Shown: positions 9,002 to 19,523, numbered from the stretch's first letter. The stretch is 64,000 nucleotides of DNA from Parcubacteria group bacterium LiPW_41 (GCA_007375535.1 VMEM01000003.1:100531-164530), one strand, 5' to 3'. A program made the numbers and translations. The notes: generated by a model from the letters alone, not told the origin.

Positions 9002-10921
9002 ATGGCAGAAAAAGCAAAGAAACCATCAACGTATAGCGCAAAAGACATTCAAGTTCTTGAGGGATTAGAACCAGTACGAAAACGTCCTGGAATGTACATT
9101 GGTACCACAGGCCCCGAAGGATTACACCATCTTGTATGGGAAATTGTAAATAACTCAATCGATGAGGCGATGGCTGGACATGCAAAAAATGTTCAGGTTG
9201 AGCTTTTGAAGGATGGAGGTGTGAAGGTTATTGATGATGGACGTGGAATTCCAGTTGATATACACCCAAAGACAAAAAAATCTGCACTTGAAACCGCACT
9301 ATGCACGCTTCATGCGGGAGGAAAATTTGATGGAGATTCGTATAAAGTTTCTGGAGGACTCCACGGAGTTGGTGTTTCTGTTGTGAATGCGCTTTCGACA
9401 TATATGAAGGCAGAGGTGAACAAAGATGGTGGTGCGTATGTTCAAGAATATAAACGAGGTGCTCCACAATACAATGTAAAAAAAGTTGGAACATCAAAGA
9501 AAAATGGAACAACTATCACTTTCTATCCCGATCCAGAAATATTTCCAAAAACAGATTTTGATTTAAAAAAGATTTTAGATTATTTGCGCAATCAGGCATA
9601 TCTTACAAAAAGTGTAAGAATCGATACCATTGATTATCGTGGAGAAATTCCATCGTATTACAGTTTCTATTTTGAGGGGGGACTTCTTTCTCTTCTTGAT
9701 TATTTACTGGGAAATAGAGATTCATTGCATACCAATCCTTTTTATGCACAAAAAGAAGTTGATGGAATTGATGTTGAGGTTGCATTTGTATACACCGATG
9801 AAGTAGAAGCCGAGGAGTTAAGTTTTGCAAACAACATTTACACTCCAGATGGAGGAACACATCTTACAGGATTTCGATCTGCTCTTACTCGAACGCTCAA
9901 TGATTATGCGCGTCGTGAGGGATATTTGAAGGAATCGGAAGAGAATCTTACTGGAGATGATGTTAGGGAAGGAATTGTTGCAGCAGTTTCAGTAAAAATT
10001 CGAGAACCACAATTCGAGGGACAGACGAAAGCTCGCTTGGGAAATACTGAAGCGCGTGCAGCAGTAGAAACCGCGGTTTCCGAGGCGCTCAAGGAATTTT
10101 TAGAGCGATATGGAGCAGATGCGCGTAAAATTTTAGAAAAAAATATTCTTGCAGCAAAAGCGCGCAAAGCAGCTAAGGCAGCAAAAGATACGGTGCTTCG
10201 TAAAGGAGCATTCGAAGGACTTACATTACCAGGAAAGCTTGCAGATTGTAGTTCACGAAAAGCAGAAGATTCAGAACTCTTTATTGTTGAGGGAGACTCT
10301 GCAGGGGGTTCGTGTAAGCAAGGACGAGATCGTCGAACGCAAGCGGTGTTGCCACTTAAAGGAAAAATTTTGAATGTGGAAAAGGCACGTATTGATAAGA
10401 TGCTTTTAAACAAAGAAATTCGATCACTTGTGGTTGCGCTTGGGACTGCAATTTCTGACCAGTTTGATATTACAAAGCTTCGCTATCATAAAATTATTTT
10501 GATGACTGATGCTGATGTTGATGGTGCACACATCAGAACATTGTTACTCACATTGTTTTATAGATATTTCCCAAAAATTATTGAGGATGGATATTTGTAT
10601 ATTGCACAACCACCACTTTATCGAGTTCAAAAAGGAAAAGAATTTCATTATGCCTTTGCAGAGAAGGAGCGTGACGTGTTTGTGAAACAGATGGGTGGAG
10701 ACGGAGTCACTATTCAGCGTTATAAAGGTTTAGGAGAAATGAATCCATCACAGTTATGGGAAACAACCCTTGATCCAGTGAATCGTGTCTTAAAACAGGT
10801 AAATATTGCGGATGCGGTAGAAACTGACAAGATGTTTGATGTTTTAATGGGTGAAGCGGTTGAGCCACGAAAGAACTTTATTCAGGCGCATGCGGCAAGT
10901 GTCAAAGATCTCGACATTTAA
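9002..10921 (+). CDS. gyrB: DNA gyrase subunit B (type IIA topoisomerase ATPase)
   Basis: GHKL ATPase motifs ([33 protein letters not shown]), [15 protein letters not shown]-terminal [12 protein letters not shown]. Confidence 0.85.
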   Translation: MAEKAKKPSTYSAKDIQVLEGLEPVRKRPGMYIGTTGPEGLHHLVWEIVNNSIDEAMAGHAKNVQVELLKDGGVKVIDDGRGIPVDIHPKTKKSALETALCTLHAGGKFDGDSYKVSGGLHGVGVSVVNALSTYMKAEVNKDGGAYVQEYKRGAPQYNVKKVGTSKKNGTTITFYPDPEIFPKTDFDLKKILDYLRNQAYLTKSVRIDTIDYRGEIPSYYSFYFEGGLLSLLDYLLGNRDSLHTNPFYAQKEVDGIDVEVAFVYTDEVEAEELSFANNIYTPDGGTHLTGFRSALTRTLNDYARREGYLKESEENLTGDDVREGIVAAVSVKIREPQFEGQTKARLGNTEARAAVETAVSEALKEFLERYGADARKILEKNILAAKARKAAKAAKDTVLRKGAFEGLTLPGKLADCSSRKAEDSELFIVEGDSAGGSCKQGRDRRTQAVLPLKGKILNVEKARIDKMLLNKEIRSLVVALGTAISDQFDITKLRYHKIILMTDADVDGAHIRTLLLTLFYRYFPKIIEDGYLYIAQPPLYRVQKGKEFHYAFAEKERDVFVKQMGGDGVTIQRYKGLGEMNPSQLWETTLDPVNRVLKQVNIADAVETDKMFDVLMGEAVEPRKNFIQAHAASVKDLDI

Positions 10922-10954
10922 TGATTTTGTTGGTACTATAGATATATAAACATT

Positions 10955-11143
10955 ATGGGAGCAAAAATCCGCACATTTTTACAAGAGACTCGTCAGGAAT
11001 TAAAGCGTGTGAACTGGCCATCAAAGCAGGAGACAATTCGATATACAACCTTCGTTATTGTGTTTTCTGCATGTTTTGCGTTGTTCCTTGGTATTCTTGA
11101 TTATGGATTTGTCTACGTTTTGGAATCTATAGTGATTGGTTAA
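10955..11143 (+). CDS. secE: preprotein translocase subunit SecE
   Basis: 62 aa, ETRQELKRVNWPSKQET followed by a single TM; conserved secE-nusG-rplK order. Confidence 0.75.
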   Translation: MGAKIRTFLQETRQELKRVNWPSKQETIRYTTFVIVFSACFALFLGILDYGFVYVLESIVIG

Positions 11144-11164
11144 TTATCACAAACAATTTTTAAT

Positions 11165-11737
11165 ATGAGCGAACCAAAACAAAAAGAAAAAACAATACTC
11201 TCAAAAGAGCGTCATTGGTATGCAATTCATACCTATTCGGGATATGAGGATGCAGTAGTGCGTTATTTAAAACAACGCATTGATTCAATGTTTATGGCGG
11301 ACAAGATTTTTAACGTCATTGTTCCAAAAGAAGTAAAAATAAAAGTAAAAGGAGGAAAGAGATATACACACGAAGAGAAGATTTATCCTGGATATGTTCT
11401 TGTTGATATGATTCTCGATCATGATTCTTGGTCAGTAGTCCGAAATACACCTCGAGTAACCGGATTTATTGGAGCAGATACTACTACTCCAACACCACTT
11501 TCGAACGAGGAGGTGACTGCATTGCTTTCAAAGATGGAGGGAGGCGATGAACACACGAAGTTTACTGTCGATTTGAAAGTTGATGACGTAGTGCGAATCA
11601 CTGATGGTCCGTTTAAGGAGCAAGAAGGAAAGGTTGCAGAAATTGATGAGGAACATGGAAAAGTGAAGGTATTAGTTCCAATCTTTGGACGAGATACACT
11701 TTTGGAGCTTGATTCTCTTCAGGTTCGAAAAATTTAA
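11165..11737 (+). CDS. nusG: transcription termination/antitermination factor NusG
   Basis: NGN domain (WYAIHTYSGYEDAV) and C-terminal KOW (VRITDGPFKEQEGKV). Confidence 0.85.
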   Translation: MSEPKQKEKTILSKERHWYAIHTYSGYEDAVVRYLKQRIDSMFMADKIFNVIVPKEVKIKVKGGKRYTHEEKIYPGYVLVDMILDHDSWSVVRNTPRVTGFIGADTTTPTPLSNEEVTALLSKMEGGDEHTKFTVDLKVDDVVRITDGPFKEQEGKVAEIDEEHGKVKVLVPIFGRDTLLELDSLQVRKI

Positions 11738-11795
11738 GGGATTTAGTTGACGATAGAGATAAATAAAGGTAAGCTAACACTCGAGTTATATTATT

Positions 11796-12221
11796 ATGGG
11801 AAAACCGATAAAAACAGTATTAAAGCTTCAAATTGAAGCAGGAAAGGCAAATCCAGCTCCACCTATTGGTCCAGCGCTTGGTCAGCATGGTGTGAATATT
11901 GCGCAGTTTTGTCAGCAATTTAACGCCGCAACACAAGAGTTTCCTGGGGATATTATTCCTGCAGAAATAACCATTTTTGAAGATCGAACTTTTGAATTCA
12001 AATTAAAAACCTCACCATCATCAGCACTTCTTCGTAAGTTTGCGGGTGTGGATAAGGGATCAGCGACACCTCATACAAAGAAAGTTGGAAAGGTAACAAA
12101 AGCACAACTTCGTGAGATCGCAGAAAAGAAAATGGAAGATTTGAATGCGCACGATGTAGAAGCAGCAATGAAGATCATCGAAGGAAGCGCAAGAAACATG
12201 GGAATTGAAATAATTGATTAA
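11796..12221 (+). CDS. rplK: 50S ribosomal protein L11
   Basis: [26 protein letters not shown], the L11 signature. Confidence 0.9.
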   Translation: MGKPIKTVLKLQIEAGKANPAPPIGPALGQHGVNIAQFCQQFNAATQEFPGDIIPAEITIFEDRTFEFKLKTSPSSALLRKFAGVDKGSATPHTKKVGKVTKAQLREIAEKKMEDLNAHDVEAAMKIIEGSARNMGIEIID

Positions 12222-12225
12222 CAAA

Positions 12226-12260
12226 AACACCGCTAGTCTATGGACTAGCGGTGTTTTGTA
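12226..12260 (+). terminator. palindromic intrinsic terminator (GCTAGTC-TATG-GACTAGC variant)
   Basis: ACACCGCTAGTCtatgGACTAGCGGTGT plus TTTT; member of the repeated terminator family. Confidence 0.6.
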
Positions 12261-12345
12261 ATAAATATATTAATTTGTCTACTTTACTTTTTAAATGGAA
12301 AGCGCATACTTTTGTTAAATCATTTACAATTTCATAGGAGGATAT

Positions 12346-13181
12346 ATGAAAACAGGAATCTATATAAGTATCGAAGGGCCGAACGGCTCTGGAAAATCAA
12401 CGCTTGCAAAAAGAATTTTTCAATTTATTAAAAGCTCTGGGATGCCAGCGGTATTAAATACCCAGCCGACAAAAAAAGTCAGTCGGAGGTTGGAGATTTT
12501 GAATCAAAGGGAAACCCAATAGGTGTTGTTATTAGAGAACTTATTGAGCGCAGAACGCCAAATGATGAAATGCTTGGAAATTATTTGGTAAAACTAAAAG
12601 AACTCAAGAAGATTTGTATGTCACACGCGAAGGATTCAGCTGTTGTCTCACAGTTTATTTCGACATTATACAACGTGCATAGTTTTATCGTTGAAGGAAG
12701 AACACTGGACGAAAAGATGATGCAGGCACTCTATTGTGCAGACGGACTTTTTGATTTTAAGGAAACGGTTATTCCCGCAATTGAGGCGGGAGTGAGCAAT
12801 ATTAAAGATCGAGAGCGATTTACTTCGTTCGCACACGGTGATGCAAATGGATTTGATTTTTTAGAGAATCTTGGAATACATCAAATTGTTTTGGATAAAT
12901 ATTACATCAAACCAGACATTATGTTTTATCTTGATGTTTCTGTGGATACATGTGTTGAACGACTTAAAAGTTCTGGAAAAGTTCTTGATATTTACGAAGA
13001 GAGAGCGACTATCGAGAGAATTATTCGGAGCTACAAAAAAGCGATTGCTTATTTCAATGAGAATCCGGAATTCGGATATCAAAACATTCATTGTCTCAAT
13101 GCAGAACAAAACGAAGATGTTGTCTTCGAAAACGCTCTTGATTTCATACAGAATCTTCTTGTTAAAAGAGGAAAAGAATAA
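12346..13181 (+). pseudogene. tmk: thymidylate-kinase-like P-loop kinase split by a -1 frameshift at an A7 tract
   Basis: Frame 1 (12346-12522) encodes MKTGIYISIEGPNGSGKSTLAKRIF... (Tmk P-loop) and stops 14 codons after A AAA AAA at 12471-12477. Frame -1 continues directly (SQSEVGDFESKGNPIGVVIRELIE...) to 13181 (ORF 12570-13181). RBS AGGAGGA precedes the ATG at 12346. Confidence 0.5.
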
Positions 13182-13183
13182 TT

Positions 13184-13210
13184 AAGCCCCGCATTATGCG
13201 GGGCTTTATT
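13184..13210 (+). terminator. intrinsic terminator AGCCCCGCAttaTGCGGGGCT plus T-run
   Basis: GC hairpin then TTT. Confidence 0.5.
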
Positions 13211-13274
13211 ATTGACATAATAGTAAAAAAGATTTATTTTTATTTTGCTCATAAACACAATAAAAGGAGAATGT

Positions 13275-13634
13275 ATGCAAGAGAAAAGAGGAGAATATCT
13301 CAATATTTCGGAACAAATTGAGACGCTTCGTAAAAAACAGGATAAAATTCTTTTTGAACTCCAAAAAGAATGTACACATCCAACTATTTTTGAAACGACA
13401 TACCCAGATGAAGATCCAAGGGGAATTGGAAAACGATTTTTCTGTCCTCATTGTGGAAAAGAAGATTCAGGCTTGCACCCTCAAAATGACTTAGAGTGTT
13501 CAAAAGGAGAACATATTTGGTTTTCTTCTTTTGACCTTGAGGAGCTTTTTCCAAATAAGGAATATATCACATCTGGAAGGCCATTGACGGACGTAAAAAT
13601 AAAACATGTTGTCAGTACTCGTAGAGTAAATTAA
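13275..13634 (+). CDS. hypothetical protein with CxxC zinc-ribbon-like motif
   Basis: RBS AAGGAG 7 nt before the ATG at 13275; contains CPHCGKED; terminator follows. Confidence 0.5.
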   Translation: MQEKRGEYLNISEQIETLRKKQDKILFELQKECTHPTIFETTYPDEDPRGIGKRFFCPHCGKEDSGLHPQNDLECSKGEHIWFSSFDLEELFPNKEYITSGRPLTDVKIKHVVSTRRVN

Positions 13635-13637
13635 AAA

Positions 13638-13670
13638 CCCCGCTAGTTCATAGACTAGCGGGATATTTTT
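13638..13670 (+). terminator. palindromic terminator (CCCGCTAGTtcatagACTAGCGGG variant)
   Basis: Hairpin plus TTTTTTT. Confidence 0.55.
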
Positions 13671-13767
13671 TTGACTTTTGTTTTTCGAACCTTGATAATA
13701 TACTTAATTGTCATTATGTATTTTCGGTACTTTTGAAGTTTGATTTTTGCATTTTGACCTAATATTT

Positions 13768-15198
13768 ATGTATATCCCGACTATTGGACTTGAAATTCAT
13801 ATGATTGTGAAGACCAAAACAAAGATGTTTTGTGCCTGTCCAAACTCATTTGAAGATGGAAATCCTAACACCAATGTATGTCCAATATGTCTTGGGCACC
13901 CAGGAACGCTTCCTGTTGCAAATGAGGAGGCTGTGCGAGCCGCAGTGAAACTGGGGTTGGCGCTCAATGGAACCATTGCCACAAAGTCACACTTTGATCG
14001 GAAGAGTTATTTTTATCCCGATCTTCCAAAGGGATATCAAATCTCACAATATGACGAACCATTTGTTTCAAAGGGAATATTAAATGGAATTCGCGTTACT
14101 CGCGTGCATCTTGAGGAAGATGCGGGAAGATTACTTCACGATATTGCAGGGAAAAAAGATAATGCGACGTATGTTGATTACAACCGTGCGGGATCGCCAC
14201 TCCTAGAGCTTGTTACCGAACCCGATGTAAAAAATGCAGAGGAGGCAGTTTCTTTTGCAAAAGAACTACAGCGCATTGTGCGATATCTTGGAATTTCTGA
14301 TGCAGATATGGAGAAGGGGCAGATGCGTGTTGAGGCAAATATTTCTATTAGCAAAAAAACAGGAGAGTTGGGAACAAAAGTTGAGGTAAAAAATATAAAC
14401 TCATTTCGTGCAGTTCATGATGCAATTGAGTTTGAGCTTGTTCGACAAGAAGAGGTATTGGAATCTGGTGGAAAAATTGTTCAAGAGACGCGAGGATGGA
14501 ACGATGTCAAAAAGATAACAGAAAGTCAGCGCTCAAAGGAGTCGGCACATGATTATCGCTATTTTCCTGAGCCAGACCTTGCTCCTATCGATCTCACCTT
14601 ATGGAATATTGAGGAAATGAAGCGAGAGCTTCCTGAACTTCCTGAAGCAAAGAGAGTTCGTTTTGTTGAGCAGTATGGAATTTCGCGAGAGCTTGCAGAG
14701 GCATTGATTGAGCAGAAAACGTGGGCAGATTATTTTGAAAATGCTGCATCAGAACTTCGGACCGAAGAAAAAACAGCAAATATTTCATTACTCGCAAATT
14801 ATCTCATGAGTGATTTAAAAGGTATTTTGAATACAAAAGGAAGTGATATACAGGATATAAAAATTACTTCAGAAAATTTTGCTGATCTTGTTCGTTTGGT
14901 TGATGAGGGGAAGCTTTCAAGTCGTCTTGCAAAAGATATGCTTGTGAAGATGTTTGAAACGGGGGAGGATCCAGAGGTGTTAATGAAGGAGGGTGGAATT
15001 AGAGTTATTGGAGGAGAAGACGAATTAATTCCGATTGTTCAGGAAATAGTATCAAAAAATCCAAAAGCGGTTGAAGATTACAAGAATGGAAAGATGAATT
15101 CGGTGCAGTTTCTTGTCGGACAGGGAATGGCACGTACTAAGGGGCAGGCGAGTCCGGATGTGTTGAGGGCTTTGTTTGAGAAGAAGCTTAGCGAATAA
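13768..15198 (+). CDS. gatB: Asp/Glu-tRNA(Asn/Gln) amidotransferase subunit B
   Basis: PTIGLEIHMIVKTKTKMFCACPNSF...PICLGHPGTLPV, the GatB N-terminus; C-terminal YqeY-like domain. Confidence 0.85.
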   Translation: MYIPTIGLEIHMIVKTKTKMFCACPNSFEDGNPNTNVCPICLGHPGTLPVANEEAVRAAVKLGLALNGTIATKSHFDRKSYFYPDLPKGYQISQYDEPFVSKGILNGIRVTRVHLEEDAGRLLHDIAGKKDNATYVDYNRAGSPLLELVTEPDVKNAEEAVSFAKELQRIVRYLGISDADMEKGQMRVEANISISKKTGELGTKVEVKNINSFRAVHDAIEFELVRQEEVLESGGKIVQETRGWNDVKKITESQRSKESAHDYRYFPEPDLAPIDLTLWNIEEMKRELPELPEAKRVRFVEQYGISRELAEALIEQKTWADYFENAASELRTEEKTANISLLANYLMSDLKGILNTKGSDIQDIKITSENFADLVRLVDEGKLSSRLAKDMLVKMFETGEDPEVLMKEGGIRVIGGEDELIPIVQEIVSKNPKAVEDYKNGKMNSVQFLVGQGMARTKGQASPDVLRALFEKKLSE

Positions 15199-15280
15199 AC
15201 TCTAAGCACGAATCTCTAAATCCTAAACAAATTCAAAAATCTAAACCCAAAAATATTTGAATTTATATATTGTTTAGTAT

Positions 15281-16183
15281 TTAGGAATTAGAGTTTAGTA
15301 TTTCTTCAATTCCATTTTTGTTGTTTATCCACTGGATGGATTTATTTCGTTTGAACCAAGTATTTTGTCGTTTTGAAAAATTAATTATTTCCTTTTCAAG
15401 TTGAATAATCATTTCCTCTTTTGTTAATAGCCCTCTTAAATACCTTGATACATAGCGATATTCCAATCCGAAGTCATCAAGTTTTTTCCAAGAGACGGGT
15501 TTTCCTAATTTTCCATTGTGTAGATTTTCAATTTCTTTTATCATCCCTTTTTTAATCCGAGAAAGAAGTCGAATATGTATTCGATTTTTTAATTCATCCG
15601 CATCTTTTGAGACTCCGATCCACAGCGTTTTATAGGGGAGTGGGTCGTATTGTTTTTGTGGAACGCTTCCAATGTGTGTAGCAATTTCAATTGCACGTAC
15701 GAGTCGACGAGGGTTATGTTGATCAATTGTCTCCCAGCGTTTTTTATCAAGTTTTTTTAATATCTTTGATAGTTCTTCAGTTGTTTTGTTCTCAAATGAT
15801 TTTCTTAGTTTCTTATCTGGTTTTACTTCCGGAATTACAAGTCCCTCAACAAGGGCTTCAATATAATGACCTGTTCCGCCACATACTATTGGAGTTTTTC
15901 CTCGTGCAATTATCTCATTTATTATTTTTCGCCCCATTTTTTTGTAACGAGAAACTGAAAAAGAATTCCACGGATTTACTACATCTAAGATGTGATGGGG
16001 GACGCCGTTCATTTCCTTTTTTGTTATTTTTCCGGTACCCAAATTCATTCCACAATACACCTGTCGAGAATCGGCTGAAAGAATTTCACCATTAACTTTC
16101 TTTGCAATCAAAACCGCAAGATCGCTTTTCCCGCTTGCAGTTGGTCCAACCACTACAACAATTTTTGGTTCTTTCTCTAACAT
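15281..16183 (-). CDS. miaA: tRNA dimethylallyltransferase MiaA
   Basis: VVGPTASGKSDLAV P-loop, SADSRQVYCGMNLGTGKIT, HHILDV. Confidence 0.85.
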   Translation of the reverse strand: MLEKEPKIVVVVGPTASGKSDLAVLIAKKVNGEILSADSRQVYCGMNLGTGKITKKEMNGVPHHILDVVNPWNSFSVSRYKKMGRKIINEIIARGKTPIVCGGTGHYIEALVEGLVIPEVKPDKKLRKSFENKTTEELSKILKKLDKKRWETIDQHNPRRLVRAIEIATHIGSVPQKQYDPLPYKTLWIGVSKDADELKNRIHIRLLSRIKKGMIKEIENLHNGKLGKPVSWKKLDDFGLEYRYVSRYLRGLLTKEEMIIQLEKEIINFSKRQNTWFKRNKSIQWINNKNGIEEILNSNS

Positions 16184-16401
16184 TATATTGTGTATGGTAA
16201 CAGGAACTATTATATCATTACAAATTTGGACTAAAAATTTCCATAAAAACGAACAAACACATTCTATAAGCAGACTAAATCTCTAAAGTCTGTGCATAGG
16301 ATGTGTTTGTGAGGTGGGATTGACATAAAAATGCTGAGGTGCTACTATGCATTAGCGTTTTGATACGCACAAGAACATTTAAAAACCTATATGGAGTCTC
16401 T

Positions 16402-16497
16402 ATGAGTTTTCGGAACAAATCAATTTTTGCAGGTGTTGCAGGTATCATTTTAGCCGGCGTTGCTTATGTAGTAACAAAAAGATATTCGAAGCGATAA
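16402..16497 (+). CDS. 31-aa hydrophobic micro-protein (candidate)
   Basis: MSFRNKSIFAGVAGIILAGVAYVVTKRYSKR. Upstream promoter TTGACA-N17-TACTAT and GGAG RBS. Not in the ORF track (shorter than 60 aa). Confidence 0.3.
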   Translation: MSFRNKSIFAGVAGIILAGVAYVVTKRYSKR

Positions 16498-16740
16498 CTT
16501 AAATTTGATCCCGAGGATTAGTCTTTTTTGACACATCAAGCCTTTGGGAAACCGGAAAAAAGATAAAAAGCGAACTCAGGTTATGAAAAAGGAGGAGCGA
16601 TGGACACTGAATCTCTTAGGGTTAAATCCCAAATAAGGGATTTTAATTCCCAATTCACTTAAATGTGAAAAAACCTCAGCTAATAAGAAAATTCAGCGAC
16701 GTAGTATTAGTATGCATATTAATTAAAACCCCCGCAAAGA

Positions 16741-16790
16741 CGCGGGGGATTATTTTTTCCCCGCTAGTCCATGGACTGGCGGGGAATTTT
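16741..16790. terminator. tandem hairpin terminators (CCCCCGCaaagaCGCGGGGG then CCCCGCTAGTCCATGGACTGGCGGGG), bidirectional
   Basis: Two GC hairpins flanked by T-runs on both strands, between converging units (thrS on minus). Confidence 0.55.
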
Positions 16791-18641
16791 TTATTTCTTT
16801 TCTTCGATTGCTTTCTTTGCCTTCTCAATAAACTGTTTTGTTGGAATTGTTTCTGTTTCCTTTTGGTGACGTGTCCTGACATTTACTGCGCGTGACTCAA
16901 TTTCTTTGTCTCCAACAACGAGAGTGAATGGGATTTTTTCAAGTTCAGAGTTTCGAATTCGTTTTCCTAGTGTTTCAGATGCGTCGTCCACTTCAACACG
17001 AATTCCATTTGTTTTTAATTCGCGTGCTACTTCGTGTGCGTAGTCTGCATGACGCTCACTTACTGGAAGTATGCGAACTTGCTTTGGTGCGAGCCACACA
17101 GGGAAGTTTCCCGCATAGTGCTCAATGAGAAGTCCAATGAAGCGCTCATATGATCCAAAGAGTGCACGGTGAAGCATAAATGGTTGCTCTTCTTTTCCTT
17201 CGTCATTAATGAAAGACATTTTGAATCGTGCAGGAAGATTGAAATCAAATTGAAGTGTTGAACATTGCCACTGTCTTCCAATTGCATCCTCAATCTTGAA
17301 ATCGAGTTTTGGACCGTAAAATGCTGCTTCTCCAAGTTCTTCTTTAAAATTCAATTTCTTTTCTTTTGCAACCTTACGAAGGACAGTTTCGGTAAAGTTC
17401 CATCCAGCGTCATTTCCTGAATATTTCTTTTTGTTTTTTGGATCACGAAGTGAGAGGAACACATGTACCTTATCAATATCAAAACCAAATGATTTATAAA
17501 TAAAGAGAATGAAATCAATAACTAACTTCAATTCATCTTCAATTTGGTCTTTTCGGCACATGATATGTGCATCATCCTGTGTAAATCCTCGAACACGAGT
17601 AAGCCCAGAAAGCTCTCCCTTCTTTTCAAATCGGTATACAGTTCCACACTCTGCCCAACGGTAGGGGAGATCGCGATATGATCGGATATTGCTCTTGTAA
17701 ATCTGTACATGAAACGGACAGTTCATTGGTTTTAAGAGATATTCTTCAGATAGCTCTGCCTTTTTATTTTGCTGTTTTTCCTCGAGTGTTTGTCCAGCCT
17801 CAATTGGTGGGTACATTGATTTGTTATAGAATCCCCAATGTCCCGATATTTCCCAAAGAGATCGATTTCCAATATGAGGAGAACGAACTAAATCATATCC
17901 ATTTTCAAGGTGTTTTTGATACCAAAATTCCTCAATGATTCTCCAAAGTAGAGCTCCTTTTGGATGCCACAAAGGAAGACCAAGCCCAACCATCTCATCC
18001 ATATGGAAGAGATCCAATTCTTTTCCTAGTTTTCTGTGGTCGCGTTTTGCTGCTTCTTCCATTTTGAGGATGTATTCATCGAGTTCTTGTTTTGAACCAA
18101 ATGCGACACCATAAATACGTGTGAGCATTTTATTTTTCTCATCTCCTCTCCAATAAGCACCAGCAATAGACATCAATTTAAATCCTTCAGGATTTATTTC
18201 GGAAGTATTTTTTACATGAGGACCAGCACAAAGATCCATAAACACCACTGTTTTATTTTTTCCCGTTCCACGCACAGTTTCGTAAATCGAAAGTGGTTTT
18301 TTCTGTTTTTTTAAGTCAGCAATTAACTCTTTTTTATATGGTGCATTTTTGAACTTTTTTGTGGCCTCGAGTGGAGTGATCGCCTTCTTGGTGAAAGAAA
18401 GTTTTTCTCTTGCTAACTCTCTCATTCGTTTTTCCAAAACCTTAAGAACTTCATCGGTTACTGGTTTCGCAAATTCAAAATCATAATAAAACCCGTTTTC
18501 GATAACTGGGCCAATGCCAAGCTTTGTAGTTGGATATGTTTCAAGAACTGCTGTTGCAAGCAGGTGAGAAAGTGAGTGGCGAATATTGTGTAATTGTTTG
18601 TCCTTTTCTGATTCTAGGGACTTTTTCTGTTTTGTGGCCAT
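16791..18641 (-). CDS. thrS: threonyl-tRNA synthetase
   Basis: Class II aaRS motifs (HRKLGKELDLFH, FRVRGFTQDDAHIF) and C-terminal anticodon-binding domain; 616 aa with no long TGS extension. Confidence 0.85.
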   Translation of the reverse strand: MATKQKKSLESEKDKQLHNIRHSLSHLLATAVLETYPTTKLGIGPVIENGFYYDFEFAKPVTDEVLKVLEKRMRELAREKLSFTKKAITPLEATKKFKNAPYKKELIADLKKQKKPLSIYETVRGTGKNKTVVFMDLCAGPHVKNTSEINPEGFKLMSIAGAYWRGDEKNKMLTRIYGVAFGSKQELDEYILKMEEAAKRDHRKLGKELDLFHMDEMVGLGLPLWHPKGALLWRIIEEFWYQKHLENGYDLVRSPHIGNRSLWEISGHWGFYNKSMYPPIEAGQTLEEKQQNKKAELSEEYLLKPMNCPFHVQIYKSNIRSYRDLPYRWAECGTVYRFEKKGELSGLTRVRGFTQDDAHIMCRKDQIEDELKLVIDFILFIYKSFGFDIDKVHVFLSLRDPKNKKKYSGNDAGWNFTETVLRKVAKEKKLNFKEELGEAAFYGPKLDFKIEDAIGRQWQCSTLQFDFNLPARFKMSFINDEGKEEQPFMLHRALFGSYERFIGLLIEHYAGNFPVWLAPKQVRILPVSERHADYAHEVARELKTNGIRVEVDDASETLGKRIRNSELEKIPFTLVVGDKEIESRAVNVRTRHQKETETIPTKQFIEKAKKAIEEKK

Positions 18642-18648
18642 TAGAGAA

Positions 18649-18676
18649 ATTATAACGCCAATTTTTGTACTCGCAA
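18649..18676 (-). promoter_or_regulatory. candidate thrS promoter TTGCGA-N16-TATAAT, near-leaderless
   Basis: On the minus strand TTGCGAgtacaaaaattggcgtTATAATttctctaATG; the -10 ends 7 nt before the start codon and there is no SD. Confidence 0.35.
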
Positions 18677-18799
18677 AGATCCTGTCATTTTAGAGCCCGC
18701 TCCGGGGCCGCTTGGCCGTGTCTTAGTCTCTAAAATAACAGGATCATTTACTCGCTTTAAAGCGTTGAGAAATTAATGGTGGAAAGTTATATGCAATAA

Positions 18800-18836
18800 A
18801 AAAAGCGCCCGTGCATTTGCACGGGGCTGTAAATAG
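18800..18836 (-). terminator. intrinsic terminator GCCCCGTGCAAATGCACGGGCGC plus T7
   Basis: Read on the minus strand; terminates the 18969-19451 unit. Confidence 0.55.
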
Positions 18837-18968
18837 GGGAAACTGAGGAAGGAATTAGTTCTTATTAACGATGCCGTTAACAAGTTCAACATCCGGAATT
18901 CTTGCCTGGGTTGTAGCAGCTTTCTTTTCGTAATTTGCTTTGCGTTTTGGGGCAACATACTTAGTTAT

Positions 18969-19451
18969 CTATTTGAGAACTAAGAAGAAAACTACTCCAG
19001 CAATTACAAGTGGTGATGCTTTAACAACTGATACTAAGAATTCCCAGCTGGTTCTCATCATTTCGAGGAATTCGTTTCCCCACATAGTGTAGAGAAGACC
19101 GAAGATAACGATTCCAGCGATAATTGATAATGTTTTTGCAAGTTTTCCAAGTTTGTTCCAGAGTGCCGCTGCTTTCTGAGCTTGATTTTTGAATTTCGAA
19201 ACATCCTGAGGTAATTTTTTTGCCAGATAGGCTGCTTCTTCCCTGTAGGTTGCTTCAACATGCATTGCTGTACATGTTTCATCAAAATCTTCAAGAGTTT
19301 CTGCTGTTACTTCTTTTCCTCTATTCTTGCGCAGTTTTATGAACGCAAGTATGGAGTTGTAATCAGCTCTTACAGTTTGTTTTGGTTTTCTTGAAACTAA
19401 ATAGATAACTGCAACGATTAAAGCTACGAGAACCATTGTGTTGGGTTCCAT
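18969..19451 (-). CDS. hypothetical membrane protein (N- and C-terminal TM helices)
   Basis: RBS GAAGGAGG and promoter TTGACT-N17-TATACT upstream. A TAG stop is followed in-frame by 37 sense codons (see findings). Confidence 0.5.
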   Translation of the reverse strand: MEPNTMVLVALIVAVIYLVSRKPKQTVRADYNSILAFIKLRKNRGKEVTAETLEDFDETCTAMHVEATYREEAAYLAKKLPQDVSKFKNQAQKAAALWNKLGKLAKTLSIIAGIVIFGLLYTMWGNEFLEMMRTSWEFLVSVVKASPLVIAGVVFFLVLK

Positions 19452-19523
19452 GTAAACCTCCTTCGAGTTGTTTATAAATTTTTAATGTGTAAACAGTTAA
19501 TTTCTCATCACTGTTATGGTCAT

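Noticed and set aside
16665-16895. 76-aa ORF downstream of the 31-aa micro-protein
   Set aside because: It spans two terminator hairpins and the 3' end of convergent thrS; Cys/Phe-rich translation of T-runs.
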